Source: the human T2T-CHM13v2.0 reference genome, Homo sapiens
Reading direction: 5' to 3' (one strand)
NCBI RefSeq assembly: GCF_009914755.1
Contig: NC_060929.1
Length of the DNA: 64,000 nucleotides
Under the pieces are notes generated by a model. The model saw only the letters and a program-made list of their open reading frames with translations. It searched no databases and was not told where the DNA came from. Below are positions 36,250 through 64,000 of this stretch, in pieces; positions within the stretch are counted from its first letter, which is position 1; each line of letters begins with the position of its first letter. The translations under genes were made by a program, and so were the position numbers.

Positions 36250-37690
36250 GCAATCAAGGCTGTGTAGTATTGGCATAAAGATGGGTCTATAGATCAATGG
36301 AGTAGGAGTGAGAATCCAAAAATAAACCTGTGCTTTTGTGGTCATGAGTGCCAAGACCATTCAAATGGAGAAAGAATAGTCCTTTCAACAAATGGTGTTA
36401 GTACAAGTGGATATCCACATGCAAAAGAATGAAGTTGAACCCCTCCCTCACACCATAAATTAATTCAAAATGGATCAAAGTCTTAAATATAAGGACTAAA
36501 ATTGTAAACCTCTTGGCAAAACACATAAGGGTAAATCTTCATGATTAAGTTTTGGTCAGTAGTTTCTTAGATATGATACCAAAAGCACAAGCAACAAAGA
36601 AAAAATAGGTGGCTCACACCTATAGTGCTAGCACTTTGGGAGGCCAAGGCAGGTGGATTGCTTGAGCCCAGGAGTTTGAGATCAGCCTGGGGAACATGGT
36701 GAAACCTTGTCTCTACAAAAAAATATAAAACTTAGCCAGGCATGGTGGCACACATCTGTAATTCAAATACTAGGGAGGATGAGGTGGAGGGGATCACTTG
36801 AGCCTTGGAGATCAGGGATACAGTGACCCCAGATCGTGTCACTGCACTCCAGCCTGGGTGACAGAACAAAGTGAGAGCCTATCTTAAAAAAAATTTAAAA
36901 AAAGTAAAGAAAAACCAAGAAAACTAGACCTGATCAGAATTTAAAATTTTTGTGTTTAAAATGACACTGTCAAGAAAATGAAAAGACAACCCACAGAATG
37001 GGATAAAATATTTGTAAATTTCATATCTGATAAAGGACATATCCAGAATACATGAAGAATTCTGACAACTGAACAATAAAGACGGCCGGGTGCAGTGGCT
37101 CACACCTGTAGTCCCAGCACTGTGGGAGGCTGAGGCAGATGGATCACATGATGAGGTCAGGAGTTCGAGACCAACCTGGCCAACATGGTGAAACCCCGCC
37201 TCTGCTAAAAATACAAAAATTAGCCGGGCGTGATGAGCACCTGTAATCCCAGCTGCTCAGGAGGCTGAGGCAGGAGAAGTTGCAGTGAGCCGAGATCATG
37301 ATACTGCACTCCAGCCTGAGCGACAGAGCGAGACTCTGAAACAAAACAAAACAGAACAATAAAGACAAATTACCCAATTTTTAAAAAATGGGCAAAGGAT
37401 CTAAATAGATATTTCTCCAAAGAAGATTATAAATGGCCAATAAGTACAAAATACAAAAATTAGCCGGGAGTGGTGGCGTGTGCCTGTAGTCCCAGCTACT
37501 CAGGAAGCTGAGGTGGGAGGATCATCTGAGCCTGGGAGACGGAAGTTGCAGTGAGCCAAGATCGCGCCACTGCACGTCAGCTTGGGTGACAGAGTGAGAC
37601 CCTGTCTCAAAAAAACACCAAAAACCAAAACCACTGGATTGTACTCTTTGTGAATTTTATGGTATGATAATTATATCTCAACAAAAAGAA
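36250..37690 (+). mobile_element. L1M (L1MB-like) ORF2 3' fragment interrupted by Alus
   Basis: gtgccaagaccattcaaatggagaaagaatagtcctttcaacaaatggtg, gataccaaaagcacaagcaacaaaaga and aaaagacaacccacagaatggga are L1 ORF2 hallmarks. Confidence 0.85.
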
Positions 37691-38309
37691 AATAAAGAAA
37701 TAAATAGGAAAGACATCAGGTAATTTCAGAGAGTGGTAATAGCTCTAAGGCAATTCAACAGGAAGATGTGCTAGAGTGACTTGGGACCTGATAGGAGCTC
37801 CTAGAGCCAGGGGAGGGGCCAAAGAATACCTGTTTGAGGAGGGACTCCAGCTGATTGACAGGAGGAGTCATGGGGTGGCAGAGGGAACAGCAAACCCAGG
37901 CCCTGTGATAGAGAGGCCAACTATATCTCTGGAAAAAGCCCTGTCCCGCTATCCCCCACTCACAGCTGCTCTCTTTGTTCTACAAAGCCCTGTTTTCCAA
38001 TCTCGGTTTTTGCTTAAAGTTTTTGCCTGAGAGATATGAAGATTTTCCAGATTGTTCTGAGTATGGCTGGAGTTAGAAGAACAAGTTCCCAGACTGCACC
38101 TTCCATTTGTCCTCGGTGGGCCTGAGAAATCACATCTCTTCGGTCTTCTTTCTCCCAGTTTCTCACTAAGGAGGGAAAAGCCATATCTCACCCAAGTGAA
38201 TCTCCTTCGGAGTCAGCGGGGGTGGGGGGCGGGGTGCCTCAGAGACTGGGTGCTGGGGAGCCTGCAGAGTTTCCCAGGCCTTACCCAACAAACTCGGGCT
38301 ACGCTCTGA

Positions 38310-41571
<3,262 letters not shown>

Positions 41572-44500
41572 TGAAACCACAATTCTGTCTGATGGAGACA
41601 CAGGCTTGGAGAGGAGAGGAGGGGATAGATCAGGCATCATGAAATGTTTCTGGAGCACTCACTCTGAGCTTCACGGTCTGGGCTTGTTCACTGGAGGTCA
41701 GAGAGTATATGTCCTTAGTCTTGTTGGAAGTGACTGTCCAACTGGATGAGACCAGATTTAGAAGCCATTAGTTACTACCAGGACTCAGGGAAAATGGCTG
41801 CCTGTAGGGGTGGGAAGACTACCAGGAGGAGGAGTCTTCTAAACAGGATGAATGGAGTCTGCCCAGGGGAAAAGGCAGAGTGACTGGCATGAGCATAGGC
41901 TGGACAGGATGTGGCTTGTCCTGGCACTGGGCAGTTGGGGGAAGTGAGAGCAGGAGGGCAGGGATTAGTGGCCACCATACCAAGCTTCAGAAGGAGGTTT
42001 AAGAAGAAGAAAACTTAAAGGTGGATGCTTGAGTCCTTCGGGCTGGGGCTGGGCGTACAGGCTCAGGTTAGCGACAGGACCTGGTATTTGGGGCAGGAAG
42101 GAGACTGCTGGAGGGCTGCCTGGTCTCAGATGTGGTCAGGCCTTCCTTGATCTTAAGTTGAAAACTGATTCAATTTTGGGGAAATCCGTGGGTGGGGAGA
42201 GGAAGGAAACAGCTCCTAGACCCATCAGAAGGCATGGTCCTGGTGTTCACCAGCTATGTTCAGGATTAATTACCAAAGGCCTCCATGCCTCTCCCAAGAC
42301 CTAACTGTTTAGTCAGAAGGCAGATGCTGTTCCTGTTCAGTGGGAACAAGGAGCTGGAACTAGGATGGGAGTTTGTCTCTGGGCAAGTCATGCTTCCTTT
42401 CTAGAAGATGGGGATAACAATAATACCCATCTCAGAGGAGTAAATGAGTATCCTGCAGGGTAGCTGGAACAGAGGAGGATAAGCTACAACTGTTATTGTA
42501 ACAACAGGCAGAGCCCTTGCTGGAGTTGTGTTTCTAGGGGAGGAACCAGTGTCTTCTGGACACAGAAGAGTGAGCTTTCTACTGCTCAGATGCCATCACG
42601 TCATTATCCTCCTCCCTCACCTTCCATGGCTGCTTACTGCCTTCCAGATAAAGCTTCAACTCTTTAACTTAACCAACCAAGCCCTGAAGGGTGAGGCTCT
42701 GTGTCTGCCCCATCCTTGGTTGAGCCTCTTTCTGCACTCATTACCTCTGCCCCGGCACATACACTAGACATGCTTGTTGTGGTCAGTTCCTCTGAAGCCT
42801 GGTGTTTCTCTGGACTCTGCTGGAATCTCTGCCTCTTCCCCTTCTTGCCTGGCTATTCCTGAATATCCTCCAGGACTCTCTCTGGATGTTGCTTCCTCAA
42901 GGATACCCCTGAGTTAGTTTCAAGGGCATTCTCAGCTTCTCCAGCACCCTTGGCTTCTCTCTCAGTACTCAGTTCTCTGCCTTGTTATTACCTGTCTGCT
43001 TTTTCCACAAGGCTGTGACGGGGAGCCCCAAAATATTTATGGAATTAATGAATGAAAAGGGGTGGTTCTAAGAAAAAAGAGATCACTGTACATTGGCCAA
43101 ATGTCCCAACAGGTATCTATTATATCTCACCAGGGTAGGAATTATCAGTAACCAAGATTTACAGATGAGGAAACTCAGCCCAAGGTAGAGTCCCTCTGCC
43201 TGTCATTCAAATTTCTGGGCACCTGTGTGTAAGCACCATGCTGGGCTTTTCACAGGCAGTATGTGTAGGGTGGACAGGCTGAGAGCAAGCACGTGAGGCC
43301 CATCATACCAGGTGAGAGTTAAGGTGCTGACACCTTGCATGAGGGCTTAGTCTCTTGGACCTCAATTCTTCGTAGGGCTGGTGAAGGGTCATAGGAACGA
43401 CTGTATGTGAAGTGCCCAGGACAGTGTCCAGTACACTAGTACAGACCCAGCAAGTGTTTACTGATTCTTATCTCAGTCCTAAGGATGGGAGTCACAGGCC
43501 CAGAAAAGGTCCCTGGATTGAGACAACCAGCCAGAGGAGAGCTGAGTGTACATCCCAGGCCCCCACCCTACAGGGACACAGTCCTCTCCCTTCTGCCCCC
43601 ACTCAAGGAGTCAGTGTCCTTGTGAGAATCTATGGCGCTGTGGATCTTCTCAACCTAGTGCTGGCACACATGAGATGCTTGGCCAGGGCCTGCCAGATGG
43701 GGAGGCTGGAGATGGGTCGGCTGTGATTGAGACCTCTGTGGCCAAGTTTTACTCTAAGAGGCAGGTAAGGCCCTCAGGGGTTATCCCAGAGAAGTCTGAG
43801 AGGTTTTCCCTGGGGTCCTGGTCTTCTCCCCCAGACCTGTCAGCAAGCAGTTCATCCCCAGCTGCCAATCTCCTTTTGGCCCTCAGTCTTCCAGAGGAGC
43901 TGGGAGGTGGGAGAGAGGGGTTCTGCAGGGCAGTGTTGTTCAGAGGTGAGCTTTGGAAGAAACTGTTGTCTCAACCCTATTTTCACACCATAGCACCTTT
44001 ATTTAACTGTCTTTTCCCGAGGCCAGGATCTCATCTTTTGTTTCCCCAGCACTCAGCACACTGCCTGGAATGCAGGAAATGGTTGCTGAATGAAGCGATG
44101 AATTACATTTCAGCACTCATCAAGTGCTCAGCCTATAACTAAGTCTGAGTGTAGGCTGCTAACACTTAGACCTTTACCTTACAGAATCTTCGCAGCCAGT
44201 GCTGTGCATTGGAAGTTGCAGATGGGGAAACTGAGGCTCAGGACTGTTAAGTGACTAGTTCAAGGCAGGTCTCAGGCCCTCAGGATGGTTAGTGGCAAAG
44301 TAAAGGACTGGGAGGAGCATTGATGAATTGGGGCAATTGGCAGAGGAGTAACTGTCAGTCAAAATGATTGGCTCAAATTATTAGGTGTGAAGAAGGAACC
44401 AGTCAGAGCTTGCCTGTTGAGTCGAATTGCCCAGATGGGATTAGCAGGGTGAGTGACCCTAGCAGAACAAAGAGCTGGCCCTTGTAGGTATAGACTCGAC

Positions 44501-46250
44501 TTTTCTCTGGTTGGTCCCAACACATAGACAACTACCAACCTGACTTTGCACCTGAGAATCTTCAGGGTACCTCAGACTCTTCAACAGAAGGAGCCTCCCT
44601 GAGGTCACAGCCCTCTCATCAGTCCCGTTCCAGTGGGCACTTTCCCTCTAACAAAGCCCACTTGCTGTCTTGGCAGGGTCTGCATCCGGCACTTGCAGAC
44701 ATGTGCTAAGGGCCTGTTGACTTGGGAGCCTCCATCACTGGACTGTGGGCCTTGGAGAGCAAAAGGGTAAGAGCATCTCGAGCTCCACGCCTGCTGGGCC
44801 AGTCGCTGGCTGAAGGCAGGGGAAGGATGGAGTTTAGCTGGCCAGCACTAATGTCACACAGGGCAACGCCAAAAATGGCCTTTCTCCCAGGTGGGCTCAA
44901 AGTTAACAGAAGGCAGTGAGTAAACAGTCCACTGGGGCAATAACTATGCACATTTACTAAGCCATGGGAAGAATAGTAGTCACGTGGCCCTCGAGGGCGG
45001 TGCCCTCAGCTTGAGATGGAGTTAACTCCAAATCTAATCACAGAAGGCTTTCTGGAGGAGGCGGAATTTTTATGGCGGCCGGATCCGGCTTTCTCTGAAC
45101 AGCGAGAAGGCGCTTAGCGCCCTAGGGACCAGGTAACTCCTGAGGTGAGCTTCTTGGTGGGGATCAAGCCCAGGGGGCGACGGAGTCCGGGCTGGGGGAA
45201 GGGCCCGAGGGGCTGGAGTCGCAAGTTCAGGCCCAGCTTGGGCTCCCTGTCCCGCCCTTCCGCTGTCTTGGGGGATTGGACGCCACGCGGTCGTGCTAGA
45301 TTCGGTGCTGCGGGCCCGGTGCAGGATGCAGGCCGTGAGGCCCCAGGCCGAGGGCTGCGCCAGCGGGCTTGTCCCGGCCAGCCGGGCGGTCCCGTGTCCC
45401 GGCGCAGCTCCGCTGGGGTCCAGATGCCCGGCCCTCAGGGGCGAGGCGCGCACTCCCCGGGGAACCGGGCTGCGGAGCAGGCGGCCCGCTCTGGGCGGCG
45501 GTGGCACGAGAGGGCCATCTGCCTGGGTGCCGAGAACTGCAGCGTCCGCGGTGCGAGGCGCGGCCCGTCCCGTCCCGGCCCCCAGCCCGGCGCGCACGCA
45601 CATACCCACGCCGGCCGGCGCCCGCTGCCCGAGCCCCCGTGCCAGGCCCAGACCTTGACTAGGCGCGGGAGGCGGTGCAGGGACTAGAGGACCCCCTCCC
45701 CCGGCGTTCCCCTCGCCCCGCCCGAGGCTGCGAGGACCCCTGGGCTCGGGGGTGGTGAGGGAGCTTCGTCCCGGCTGGGCCCGGGCTGGGGACTCGGCCT
45801 CCCTGGGCGGGGGCCGCACGGCTGCAGGCCGAGGTGCGGACGCGCTGTCAGGCTGCAGCCCGGCTCGGTGCCGGGGGTGGGCTCAGCGCTGGGGTCGCCT
45901 GGCTTCGTTCCCCCGCGGAGGCCACGGCCGGGCGAGCAGTGCCGGGGCGGGTAACCCGACCCGGCTCCCCAGAGCCGCTCACCCCGCACGGCCCGGCAAG
46001 GGGAGGGAGAGGGATGGGGGGAGGGGGAAGGGAAGGGGTGGTGGGTGAGGGGCTGTGGGCACCGCAGGGCCGAGTCCCCGGCCCGTCTGCGCTGCTGTAG
46101 GGCGGCTGCCCGCGGCACCCGGGACGATCCAGCCTCTGCCTCGCGGGCGTCGAGCCTGAGACAGGAGGGAGCCCTGGGGCTGCACAGGCTTGGCTCAGGG
46201 AGGCAGACCCGAGCTGCTGCCTCCATTTTGTTTCCTGCTCAGCTTGGTCT

Positions 46251-46274
46251 GTGGTGGTGGTGGTGGTGGTGGTG
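46251..46274. repeat. (GTG)8 trinucleotide repeat in a candidate NSD1 alternative first exon
   Basis: gtggtggtggtggtggtggtggtg. Confidence 0.9.
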
Positions 46275-47041
46275 TGGGTTTGGGGTGCGGCCGGGTAGGG
46301 GGTTCGCCTGCGGCCGCGTCTGCTCGGGGCCTGAGGCCTCGAAGACCCCAGCCCAAGCCCCCAGGTGAGCCCTGCGGCAGGAGGGGGGTTGCCTTGGCCT
46401 CGGGCCGAACCCAGCGGGCTGAGGGCAGGTGCCCAGTGGATGGGGAGCCTGGGCTGTAACCTAAGATGGAGGCCGGGACTGACGCGGGCCCGAGCAGGGC
46501 TGGCGGGACGATCGGACAGGCCTCAGCCGCGCCAGGTGCCGCCTGGGTTGGGGTTCGAGACGCGTAGGGTGCGGGAGCCGTGTGCGGCCCGAGGCCAGCG
46601 CCGTGCCCCGAGGTAGGTGAGGGGATCGGAATGCCACCCACGACGCCCGCAGGCCCCGACACTCCAAGGAGGCGCGCGAGGCCCCTGGGGAGCCCGCCTC
46701 AGGCCCCGCCCGGGCAGCCGGGCCGGCCCGTAGGCCCCGGCCGCGAGCGGGCGCGCAGGGGGAGGGGAGGGGGCGGCAGCGGCAGCTCCGCTGATTGGGC
46801 GGCGCTCTCACAAGCCCGACTTCACCCGCCCTGAACCCCGAAGAGTGAGAGAAGGGAACGCGCGCGCTCGGTGGGGGAAGGGGTGCGCGCGCACTCGGGG
46901 CCCAGCCGCACGCGGGCCGGCGCGAGGCGCTCGGTCGCACGCGCGGCCGCGGGGGCGCGCGCGGTGGGGGTGTGAGGAGGAGGAGGCGGCGGCGGAATAG
47001 GCCGGGGCAGGTCGCGCTCGCTGCCTTCTCCCCTGAAGAGA

Positions 47042-47162
47042 GACGCGGGGGGAGGGGGGTGCGGCGAGCGGCCCCGCTCTCTCCCCACCGCTCCGCTCGC
47101 ACCCCAGTGTAATGAGGGTCACCCCCTCCCCCCAGCTGGCCCGGGAGGGGGCGCGGGGCACG
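47042..47162 (+). other. NSD1: NSD1 main non-coding exon 1 (start approximate)
   Basis: Donor ACG|gtaact at 47162/47163; resembles the recalled long-isoform 5'UTR. Confidence 0.65.
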
Positions 47163-48313
47163 GTAACTAGTGCGCTGGGGTGGGCGGCGGGCAGGCGCGA
47201 GGAGAAGGGAGGGAGGAGGGTGGCCGGGCGGGGAAGATGGTGGTGGCCGTAAGGTGAGGGGCTCGGGGGAGGGCCAGGCGCGATGCGGGGTTGGTGGCCG
47301 GCGGCGCTGCAGCCGCCGGCCTCCTCCCCCTCCCCCTCCTCCATCACTACCAGCCGGGCTCAGGCCTAGCTGGCCGGGCTGCCGCGAACTTCCTCCCGGC
47401 GCGGCCCGTGCCCCGCCGGCCGCCTGCGAACACCTCGGCCTCCGCCTCCCCTCAGGTAGCAGGCTGCGGGGCGCGGGGCCGGCTGCCCTCCCGCAGCAAA
47501 CTTTGCTTGCTGCTGAATATTGATGAGAGCGATCGGCTCGGCTGGGAGGTGCTGCCGCGGCTGCGGGAAGGAGCGCGGCCCGGGCAGGCGGCGGCGGCGT
47601 CGGCAGCAGCCATGTTTTTCGAGCTGTAGCAGCTGCTGCTACCCTGACTGGGCTTCGCTGGCCGCCTCGGTTTCTCCCTCTGCCGGGTCCAGGCCTCTTC
47701 GCCCTGCAGCTGCGGATCCAGCAGGCCTGCATTCAGGAAGGCGAGCTCTGGGGTGCAGCCGCCTCGGCCGGCTCGCCTGCGGCCTGCGCACCGCCGCTGC
47801 AAAGGCTCCGGCGCTGGCTGGGCGCAGGGTGCAGCGCTATTGTGACCGCTGCGCCCTAGCGAGCCAGGAAGGGGGGGGTACCTTTTTGTGCAGGGTCCAG
47901 GAGCCCCCCTCGGACCCCGCAGCCTTTTGCTTTTGAGAGATCCAGCTGCTCGACCCCTGGCGAGGGAGGGGGAGGACTAGTCCTGTTTGAGAATTGGGAA
48001 TTTTGACGGGCAGAGGGGTTTTAATTTTAGTTCATCCCAAGTGTCCACCAGTCTACAGAGGAGGAAAAAGAGACGGGCTGTTTCTATGTAGCAGGATCGG
48101 CCCAGCTTCGGGAAAATGGAGTTTTCAGAGGCTCATCGAGGCCATTTTTTCATCTCCAGTCGGGGGAACTTTTTCTGCCCATGGAAGTGCAGCAGAAAGG
48201 CATAGAGGCCACTAGGCCTTGAAGTGGCTGCCATTTTAAAGAGTCGAGTCAGATGGCCTATTAACTCAGATTAATTGCTGTGCTTTTGGATTCCAGGTTG
48301 ATGCCGGCCCAGG

Positions 48314-49240
48314 ATGGATCAGACCTGTGAACTACCCAGAAGAAATTGTCTGCTGCCCTTTTCCAATCCAGTGAATTTAGATGCCCCTGAAGACAAGGAC
48401 AGCCCTTTCGGTAATGGTCAATCCAATTTTTCTGAGCCACTTAATGGGTGTACTATGCAGTTATCGACTGTCAGTGGAACATCCCAAAATGCTTATGGAC
48501 AAGATTCTCCATCTTGTTACATTCCACTGCGGAGACTACAGGATTTGGCCTCCATGATCAATGTAGAGTATTTAAATGGGTCTGCTGATGGATCAGAATC
48601 CTTTCAAGACCCTGAAAAAAGTGATTCAAGAGCTCAGACGCCAATTGTTTGCACTTCCTTGAGTCCTGGTGGTCCTACAGCACTTGCTATGAAACAGGAA
48701 CCCTCTTGTAATAACTCCCCTGAACTCCAGGTAAAAGTAACAAAGACTATCAAGAATGGCTTTCTGCACTTTGAGAATTTTACTTGTGTGGACGATGCAG
48801 ATGTAGATTCTGAAATGGACCCAGAACAGCCAGTCACAGAGGATGAGAGTATAGAGGAGATCTTTGAGGAAACTCAGACCAATGCCACCTGCAATTATGA
48901 GACTAAATCAGAGAATGGTGTAAAAGTGGCCATGGGAAGTGAACAAGACAGCACACCAGAGAGTAGACACGGTGCAGTCAAATCGCCATTCTTGCCATTA
49001 GCTCCTCAGACTGAAACACAGAAAAATAAGCAAAGAAATGAAGTGGACGGCAGCAATGAAAAAGCAGCCCTTCTCCCAGCCCCCTTTTCACTAGGAGACA
49101 CAAACATTACAATAGAAGAGCAATTAAACTCAATAAATTTATCTTTTCAGGATGATCCAGATTCCAGTACCAGTACATTAGGAAACATGCTAGAATTACC
49201 TGGAACTTCATCATCATCTACTTCACAGGAATTGCCATTT
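48314..49240 (+). CDS. NSD1: NSD1 (H3K36 methyltransferase, KMT3B) exon 2 coding part, aa 1-309; exon begins at 48297
   Basis: Acceptor ttccag|GTT at 48296/48297; MDQTCELPRRNCLLPFSNPVNLDAPEDKDSPFGNGQ...SSSTSQELPF; donor TTT|gtaagc; 927 nt. The rest of the gene lies beyond the window. Confidence 0.97.
48381..49240 (+). CDS. NSD1: NSD1 short-isoform start: join(48381..48410,49151..49240), MPLKTRTALS-DDPDSS...
   Basis: Alternative-frame ATG at 48381, donor TCG|gtaatg at 48410/48411, acceptor tcttttcag|GAT at 49150/49151 restores the main frame; matches the recalled short-isoform N-terminus. Confidence 0.85.
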
Positions 49241-49816
49241 GTAAGCAGTTTTTGGTACAACTTAAATATATACATATATGTATATATACAGGCCACTTAA
49301 AGGGAAACTTGTAACAAATTTGTTTTTGGTTGCTTATCAGTTCACAGCTGAAATCCTATTGCTAATCATAAGCTTTGGGCAAAATTTTACTTTGATTTTT
49401 AAATTTATCTCTGTTGTATGAATTTGGTTGTTTTAAGCTTTTTCCAAATAACTCTTCATTGAGAGTAGGCTAATGCTTTTAAAGGCATTTGATTGAGTTC
49501 AGGTTTAATTTCTCAAGTTGGAGGTATACATATATGATTAAAAAAAAAAAAAAAAGATGGGTTTTGGCCTGCCAGCACCATGAGTGCAGGTGAACCAATT
49601 TAGTACTTGGAGTCCTGTTGCTATATGTGGCAGATTATTTTTTTACTTGATGACTTGACTCTTACTTCAGGTTGAAGGGCATTTTGAACACAGATTAAAG
49701 TGGCTAAGATGAAGTTTTCTTGGACATTGTCAAAATCTAAATTAGGCTAGTTTTTCTGAACTACCTGTTTTGAAGGTATAGCATCCTGTGCTTTTGATAA
49801 CTGCCACCATTAGCTC

Positions 49817-58760
<8,944 letters not shown>

Positions 58761-58779
58761 AGCCGCGAATATTTTCTTA

Positions 58780-62710
<3,931 letters not shown>

Positions 62711-62757
62711 TTGTATGGTGGATTCCATGCAGAGAGAGTTTTTTCTGTAGTCTAGAT

Positions 62758-63097
62758 TAGCAGTCCCCAGCCTTTTTGGCACCAGGGACCAAATTCCTGG
62801 GAAACAGTTTTTCCACAGGTGGGAGTGGGATGGTTTGGGGATGAAACTTTTCCACCTTAGATTATCACGCATTAGTTAGAATCTCATAAGAAGCGCGCAA
62901 CCTAGATCCCTTGCATTTGCAGTTCACAATAGGGTTCATGATCCTCTGAGAATCTAATGCCACCCCTGATGTGACAGGAGTGGGAGCTCAGGCGATAATG
63001 CTCCCTTGTCTGCTGTTCACCTCCTGCTATGCAGCCCGGTTCCTAACAGGCTGAGAGGACCAGTACCATTCTGTGGCCTGGGCGTTGGGGACCCCTG
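62758..63097. mobile_element. MER1B-type hAT-Charlie MITE, full length
   Basis: ~340 bp, TIRs tagcagtcccca ... tggggacccctg, 8-bp TSD gtctagat / ttctagat. Confidence 0.85.
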
Positions 63098-63144
63098 TTC
63101 TAGATGATCCACATTCTTTTAAATGCCTATATACAAACCATACT

Positions 63145-63653
<509 letters not shown>

Positions 63654-64000
63654 TGAAAACGTTGCTTCCATTTTTAGATAATTTGTTAGGAAACCAATAA
63701 AATCATACATACTTGTGATTTTCCCTTAGTAAAACACAAATTTTAGTGTTTTTTGCTGTTATTATTAATACTTCTAAAGTTCCTTTCACATTGCTAGTGA
63801 CCTTATATAAAATACCATAATGCTCTTCTAGCAATTGCTGGAAAGATAAAATCTATTTTAGAGAATGAACAATTATATTTTCACATTAGATTAAATTAAA
63901 AGTAATTACTGGTTATGTGATATTCCCTCACATACCAGAGTGAGTCTGAAGGTAGTCTTTCTTTGTAAATTATGAGGCTATATTTCCTGTGTTATCTCTG

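Larger units (their letters stand above)
45010..47930 (+). promoter_or_regulatory. NSD1: NSD1 CpG island with alternative promoters / first exons
   Basis: ~2.9 kb of extreme GC/CpG content directly upstream of NSD1 exon 2; CCAAT box (ATTGG 46794), GC boxes, and several consensus donors (after 45144, 46364, 46612, 47162, 47253). Confidence 0.92.

Noticed and set aside
43546-44142. 198-aa ORF upstream of NSD1
   Set aside because: Non-ATG start, 3' part runs into L2-like sequence, no recognisable protein family
46461-47732. 423-aa antisense ORF over the NSD1 promoter
   Set aside because: Low-complexity P/A/R/G composition expected from very GC-rich, stop-poor DNA; no domain recognised

Overview
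Human (primate) genomic DNA from chr5q35. The window holds the complete FGFR4 gene on the + strand: CpG-island promoter, non-coding exon 1, and 17 coding exons from 2811 to 10884. All introns are GT-AG, the exons join to a 2409-nt / 802-aa ORF, and the polyA signal is at 11329. An ~33-kb Alu/L1/L2/MIR/DNA-transposon-rich intergenic interval follows, with a few unique regulatory-looking islands. The window ends with the 5' end of NSD1 on the + strand: CpG island ~45.0-47.9 kb with several alternative first exons, coding exon 2 at 48314-49240, then Alu-dense intron 2. There are no RNA genes or CRISPR arrays, and nearly all other ORFs in the track are Alu, low-complexity or GC-rich shadows. I found no convincing new multi-gene system. 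The most notable signals are: (i) a dual donor/acceptor CAG|GT site that swaps the FGFR4 TM exon for a 74-nt intron; (ii) an Alu whose target-site duplication copied the FGFR4 exon 11 splice donor; (iii) an Alu carrying a ~72-bp insert stitched from two nearby non-Alu segments; (iv) an orphan CCAAT/GC-box promoter at ~30 kb; (v) a convergent CTCF pair bracketing FGFR4 and its 3' enhancer candidates; (vi) a three-frame uORF/exitron start-codon switch in NSD1 exon 2. Repeat boundaries and subfamily names were judged by eye and are approximate.
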